A stretch of 64,000 nt of DNA from Auanema rhodensis (lineage: Eukaryota; Animalia; Nematoda), in the NCBI GenBank assembly GCA_964057225.1, contig OZ059897.1:21390001-21454000 (forward strand), written 5' to 3'. The notes under the pieces are model-generated. The model searched no databases. It was given only the letters and a program-made list of their open reading frames with translations, and was not told where the DNA came from. The position numbers and the translations under genes are program-made. Every line of letters starts with the position of its first letter. Within the stretch, counting starts at the first letter, position 1. Positions 58,301 through 64,000 of the stretch are shown here, in pieces.

Positions 58301-61300
58301 ACCATGACTTTGAAATTTACGTGAACTTTAATTTATGCTAATTAAATGTACACGTGATGTGCACTTGGTATGTAACTCGCTTCACGTAAAAGATGAAAAG
58401 ATGCGGTTTTCAAAATTAGATTCCTCATGTCCATATTAGTCTAAAAACAAATTTTTATTGATATTGGTGCATGGTAACCATGACTTTGAAATTTACGTGA
58501 ACTTTAATTTATGCTAATTAAATGTACACGTGATGTGCACTTGGTATGTAACTCGCTTCACGTGAAAGATCAAGAGATGCGGTTTTCAAAATTAGATTCC
58601 CCATGTCCATATTAGTCTAAAAACAAATTTTTATTGATATTGGTTCATGGTAACCATGACTTTGAAATTTACGTGAACTTTAATTTATGCTAATTAAATG
58701 TACACGTGATGTGCACTTGGTATGTAACTCGCTTCACGTGAAAGATCAAGAGATGCGGTTTTCAAAATTAGATTCCCCATGTCCATATTAGTCTAAAAAC
58801 AAATTTTTATTGATATTGGTGCATGGTAACCATGACTTTGAAATTTACGTGAACTTTAATTTATGCTAATTAAATGTACACGTGATGTGCACTTGGTATG
58901 TAACTCGCTCCACGTGAAAGATAAAGAGATGCGGTTTTCAAAATTAGATTACCCATGTCCATATTAGTCTAAAAACAAATTTTTATTGATATTGGTGCAT
59001 GGTAACCATGACTTTGAAATTTACGTGAACTTTAATTTATGCTAATTAAATGTACACGTGATGTGCACTTGGTATGTAACTCGCTTCACGTAAAAGATAA
59101 AGAGATGCGGTTTTCAAAATTAGATTCCCCATGTCCATATTAGTCTAAAAACAAATTTTTATTGATATTGGTTCATGGTAACCATGACTTTGAAATTTAC
59201 GTGAACTTTAATTTATGCTAATTAAATGTACACGTGATGTGCACTTGGTATGTAACTCGCTTCACGTGAAAGATAAAGAGATGCGGTTTTCAAAATTAGA
59301 TTCCCCATGTCCATATTAGTCTAAAAACAAATTTTTATTGATATTGGTGCATGGTAACCATGACTTTGAAATTTACGTGAACTTTAATTTATGCTAATTA
59401 AATGTACACGTGATGTGCACTTGGTATGGAACTCGCTTCACGTGAAAGATAAAGAGATGCGGTTTTCAAAATTAGATTCCCCATGTCCATATTAGTCTAA
59501 AAACAAATTTTTATTGATATTGGTTCATGGTAACCATGACTTTGAAATTTACGTGAACTTTAATTTATGCTAATTAAATGTACACGGGATGTGCACTTGG
59601 TATGTAACTCGCTTCACGTGAAAGATAAAGAGATTCGGTTTTCAAAATTAGATTCCCCATGTCCATATTAGTCTAAAAACAAATTTTTATTGATATTGGT
59701 GCATGGTAACCATGACTTTGAAATTTACGTGAACTTTAATTTATGCTAATTAAATGTACACGTGATGTGCACTTGGTATGTAACTCGCTTCACGAGAAAG
59801 ATAAAGAGATGTGGTTTTCAAAATTAGATTCCCCATGTCCATATTAGTCTAAAAACAAATTTTTATTGATATTGGTTCATGGTAACCATGACTTTGAAAT
59901 TTACGTGAACTTTAATTTATGCTAATTAAATGTACACGTGATGTGCACTTGGTATGTAACTCGCTTCACGTGAAAGATAAAGAGATGCGGTTTTCAAAAT
60001 TAGATTCCCCATGTCCATATTAGTCTAAAAACAAATTTTTATCGATATTGGTTCATGGTAACCATGACTTTGAAATTTACGTGAACTTTAATTTATGCTA
60101 ATTAAATGTACATGTGATGTGCACTTGGTATGTAACTCGCTTCACGTGAAAGATAAAGAGATGCGGTTTTCAAAATTAGATTCCCCATGTCCATATTAGT
60201 CTAAAAACAAATTTTTATTGATATTGGTTCATGGTAACCATGACTTTGAAATTTACGTGAACTTTAATTTATGCTAAATAAATGTACACGTGATGTGCAC
60301 TTGGTATGTAACTCGCTTCACGTGAAAGATAAAGAGATGCGGTTTTCAAAATTAGATTCCCCATGTCCATATTAGTCTAAAAACAAATTTTTATTGATAT
60401 TGGTTCATGGTAACCATGACTTTGAAATTTACGTGAACTTTAATTTATGCTAATTAAATGTACACGTGATGTGCACTTGGTATGTAACTCGCTTCACGTG
60501 AAAGATAAAGAGATGCGGTTTTCTAAATTAGATTCCCCATGTCCATATTAGTCTAAAAACAAATTTTTATTGATATTGGTTCATGGTAACCATAACTTTG
60601 AAATTTACGTGAACTTTAATTTATGCTAATTAAATGTACACGTGATGTGCACTTGGTATGTAACTCGCTTCACGTGAAAGATAAAGAGATTCGGTTTTCA
60701 AAATTAGATTCCCCATGTCCATATTAGTCTAAAAACAAATTTTTATTGATATTAGTGCATGGTAACCATGACTTTGAAATTTACGTGAACTTTAATTTAT
60801 GCTAATTAAATGTACACGTGATGTGCACTTGGTATGTAACTCGCTTCACGAGAAAGATAAAGAGATGCGGTTTTCAAAATTAGATTCCCCATGTCCATAT
60901 TAGTCTAAAAACAAATTTTTATTGATATTGGTTCATGGTAACCATGACTTTGAAATTTACGTGAACTTTAATTTATGCTAATTAAATGTACACGTGATGT
61001 GCACTTGGTATGTAACTCGCTTCACGTGATAGATAAAGAGATGCGGTTTTCAAAATTAGATTCCCCATGTCCATATTAGTCTAAAAACAAATTTTTATCG
61101 ATATTGGTTCATGGTAACCATGACTTTGAAATTTACGTGAACTTTAATTTATGCTAATTAAATGTACATGTGATGTGCACTTGGTATGTAACTCGCTTCA
61201 CGTGAAAGATAAAGAGATGCGGTTTTCAAAATTAGATTCCCCATGTCCATATTAGTCTAAAAACAAATTTTTATTGATATTGGTTCATGGTAACCATGAC

Positions 61301-61531
61301 TTTGAAATTTACGTGAACTTTAATTTATGCTAATTAAATGTACACGTGATGTGCACTTGGTATGTAACTCGCTTCACGTGAAAGATAAAGAGATGCGGTT
61401 TTCAAAATTAGATTCCCCATGTCCATATTAGTCTAAAAACAAATTTTTATCGATATTGGTTCATGGTAACCATGACTTTGAAATTTACGTGAACTTTAAT
61501 TTATGCTAATTAAATGTACACGTGATGTGCT

Positions 61532-63614
61532 CTTGGTATGTAACTCGCTTCACGTGAAAGATAAAGAGATGCGGTTTTCAAAATTATATTCCCCATGTCC
61601 ATATTAGTCTAAAAACAAATTTTTATCGATATTGGTTCATGGTAACCATGACTTTGAAATTTACGTGAACTTTAATTTATGCTAATTAAATGTACACGTG
61701 ATGTGCACTTGGTATGTAACTCGCTTCACGTGAAAGATAAAGAGATGCGGTTTTCAAAATTATATTCCCCATGTCCATATTAGTCTGAAAACAAATTTTT
61801 ATTGATATTGGTGCATGGTAACCATGACTTTGAAATTTACGTGAACTTTAATTTATGCTAATTAAATGTACACGTGATGTGCACTTGGTATGTAACTCGC
61901 TTCACTTGAAAGATAAAGAGATGCGGTTTTCAAAATTATATTCCCCATGTCCATATTAGTCTGAAAACAAATTTTTATCGATATTGGTTCATGGTAACCA
62001 TGACTTTGAAATTTACGTGAACTTTAATTTATGCTAATTAAATGTACACGTGATGTGCACTTGGTATGTAACTCGCTTCACGTGAAAGATAAAGAGATGC
62101 GGTTTTCAAAATTATATTCCCCATGTCCATATTAATCTGAAAACAAATTTTTATTGATATTGGTGCATGGTAACCATGACTTTGAAATTTACGTGAACTT
62201 TAATTTATGCTAATTAAATGTACACGTGATGTGCACTTGGTATGTAACTCGCTTCACGTGAAAGATGAAGAGATGCGGTTTTCAAAATTATATTCCCCAT
62301 GTCCATATTAGTCTGAAAACAAATTTTTATTGATATTGGTGCATGGTAACCATGACTTTGAAATTTACGTGAACTTTAATTTATGCTAATTAAATGTACA
62401 CGTGATGTGCACTTGGTATGTAACTCGCTTCACGTGAAAGATAAAGAGATGCGGTTTTCAAAATTATATTCCCCATGTCCATATTAGTCTAAAAACAAAT
62501 TTTTATCGATATTGGTTCATGGTAACCATGACTTTGAAATTTACGTGAACTTTAATTTATGCTAATTAAATGTACACGTGATGTGCACTTGGTATGTAAC
62601 TCGCTTCACGTGAAAGATAAAGAGATGCGGTTTTCAAAATTATATTCCCCATGTCCATATTAGTCTGAAAACAAATTTTTATTGATATTGGTGCATGGTA
62701 ACCATGACTTTGAAATTTACGTGAACTTTAATTTATGCTAATTAAATGTACACGTGATGTGCACTTGGTATGTAACTCGCTTCACTTGAAAGATAAAGAG
62801 ATGCGGTTTTCAAAATTATATTCCCCATGTCCATATTAGTCTGAAAACAAATTTTTATCGATATTGGTTCATGGTAACCATGACTTTGAAATTTACGTGA
62901 ACTTTAATTTATGCTAATTAAATGTACACGTGATGTGCACTTGGTATGTAACTCGCTTCACGTGAAAGATAAAGAGATGCGGTTTTCAAAATTATATTCC
63001 CCATGTCCATATTAATCTGAAAACAAATTTTTATTGATATTGGTGCATGGTAACCATGACTTTGAAATTTACGTGAACTTTAATTTATGCTAATTAAATG
63101 TACACGTGATGTGCACTTGGTATGTAACTCGCTTCACGTGAAAGATGAAGAGATGCGGTTTTCAAAATTATATTCCCCATGTCCATATTAGTCTGAAAAC
63201 AAATTTTTATTGATATTGGTGCATGGTAACCATGACTTTGAAATTTACGTGAACTTTAATTTATGCTAATTAAATGTACACGTGATGTGCACTTGGTATG
63301 TAACTCGCTTCACGTGAAAGATAAAGAGATGCGGTTTTCAAAATTATATTCCCCATGTCCATATTAGTCTAAAAACAAATTTTTATCGATATTGGTTCAT
63401 GGTAACCATGACTTTGAAATTTACGTGAACTTTAATTTATGCTAATTAAATGTACACGTGATGTGCACTTGGTATGTAACTCGCTTCACGTGAAAGATAA
63501 AGAGATGCGGTTTTCAAAATTATATTCCCCATGTCCATATTAGTCTGAAAACAAATTTTTATTGATATTGGTGCATGGTAACCATGACTTTGAAATTTAC
63601 GTGAACTTTAATTT
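61532..63614 (+). repeat. 5-mer HOR block (880 bp, ~2.4 copies) of ATTATATT-type monomers
   Basis: TTCACTTGAA (61901/62781), ATTAATCTGA (62131/63011) and GATGAAG (~62267/63147) are 880 apart. Twelve consecutive monomers carry ATTATATTCC. Confidence 0.9.
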
Positions 63615-64000
63615 GTGCTAATTAAATGTACACGTGATGTGCTCTTGGTATGTAACTCGCTTCACGTGAAAGATAAAGAGATGCGGTTTTCAAAATTAGA
63701 TTCCCCATGTCCATATTAGTCTAAAAACAAATTTTTATTGATATTGGTTCATGGTAACCATGACTTTGAAATTTACGTGAACTTTAATTTATGCTAATTA
63801 AATGTACACGTGATGTGCACTTGGTATGTAACTCGCTTCACGTGAAAGATAAAGAGATGCGGTTTTCAAAATTAGATTCCCCATGTCCATATTAGTCTAA
63901 AAACAAATTTTTATTGATATTGGTTCATGGTAACCATGACTTTGAAATTTACGTGAACTTTAATTTATGCTAATTAAATGTACACGTGATGTGCACTTGG

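Larger units (their letters stand above)
1..64000. repeat. Tandem satellite DNA array, 176-bp monomer, 364 copies, head-to-tail; runs off both window ends (probable centromeric/pericentromeric satellite)
   Basis: Consensus GTGCACTTGGTATGTAACTCGCTTCACGTGAAAGATAAAGAGATGCGGTTTTCAAAATTAGATTCCCCATGTCCATATTAGTCTAAAAACAAATTTTTATTGATATTGGTTCATGGTAACCATGACTTTGAAATTTACGTGAACTTTAATTTATGCTAATTAAATGTACACGTGAT recurs every 176 bp throughout. The centromeric assignment is inference from unit length and homogeneity only. Confidence 0.99.

Noticed and set aside
1-64000. CRISPR array (palindromic repeats at regular spacing)
   Set aside because: There are no unique spacers (the entire 176-bp unit repeats) and no cas genes.
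1-64000. Assignment to a known satellite of similar length (Brassica CentBr 176 bp, Arabidopsis CEN178, primate alpha satellite 171 bp) or a CENP-B box
   Set aside because: Only the length is similar. I recognise no sequence similarity and no TTCG....A..CGGG motif. A BLASTN/Dfam search is needed.
1-64000. Tandem 5S rRNA, tRNA or snRNA gene array
   Set aside because: At 32% GC, with no recognisable 5S, cloverleaf or Pol III box A/B/C sequence on either strand, this is unsupported.
1-64000. Whole array as an assembly or synthetic artefact
   Set aside because: Hierarchically shared SNPs and indels in consistent linkage look like genuine evolutionary history, although individual duplications still need read support.

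Overview
The whole 64-kb window is one uninterrupted, head-to-tail, single-orientation array of a 176-bp AT-rich satellite (about 32% GC). It holds 364 monomers plus 10 bp. As a check, GTGCAC starts at 1 and again at 63991, and 63990 = 364x176 - 74, which matches the net indels I found by eye: -6, +2, +2, -64, four of -1, two of -1 and -2. Monomers typically differ from the consensus by about 0-5 substitutions. There are no genes, RNA genes, transposon insertions or strand switches. The four 60-aa ORFs are satellite monomers that lost one in-frame TAG. Monomer length, homogeneity and higher-order structure fit eukaryotic centromeric or pericentromeric satellite DNA, but I cannot name the family or organism from memory. 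The information is in the variants: (i) a recurring order of diagnostic SNP monomers suggesting an ancestral ~21-mer higher-order repeat (HOR), since reshuffled by local 4-, 5-, 9-, 10-, 11- and 12-mer tandem duplications; (ii) a unique 77-bp deletion carrying a 13-nt locally templated filler at ~36.76 kb, resembling a Pol-theta end-joining scar; (iii) a monomer dense in palindromes, E-boxes and an RFX-like half-site. I found no evidence of a novel protein-coding system.
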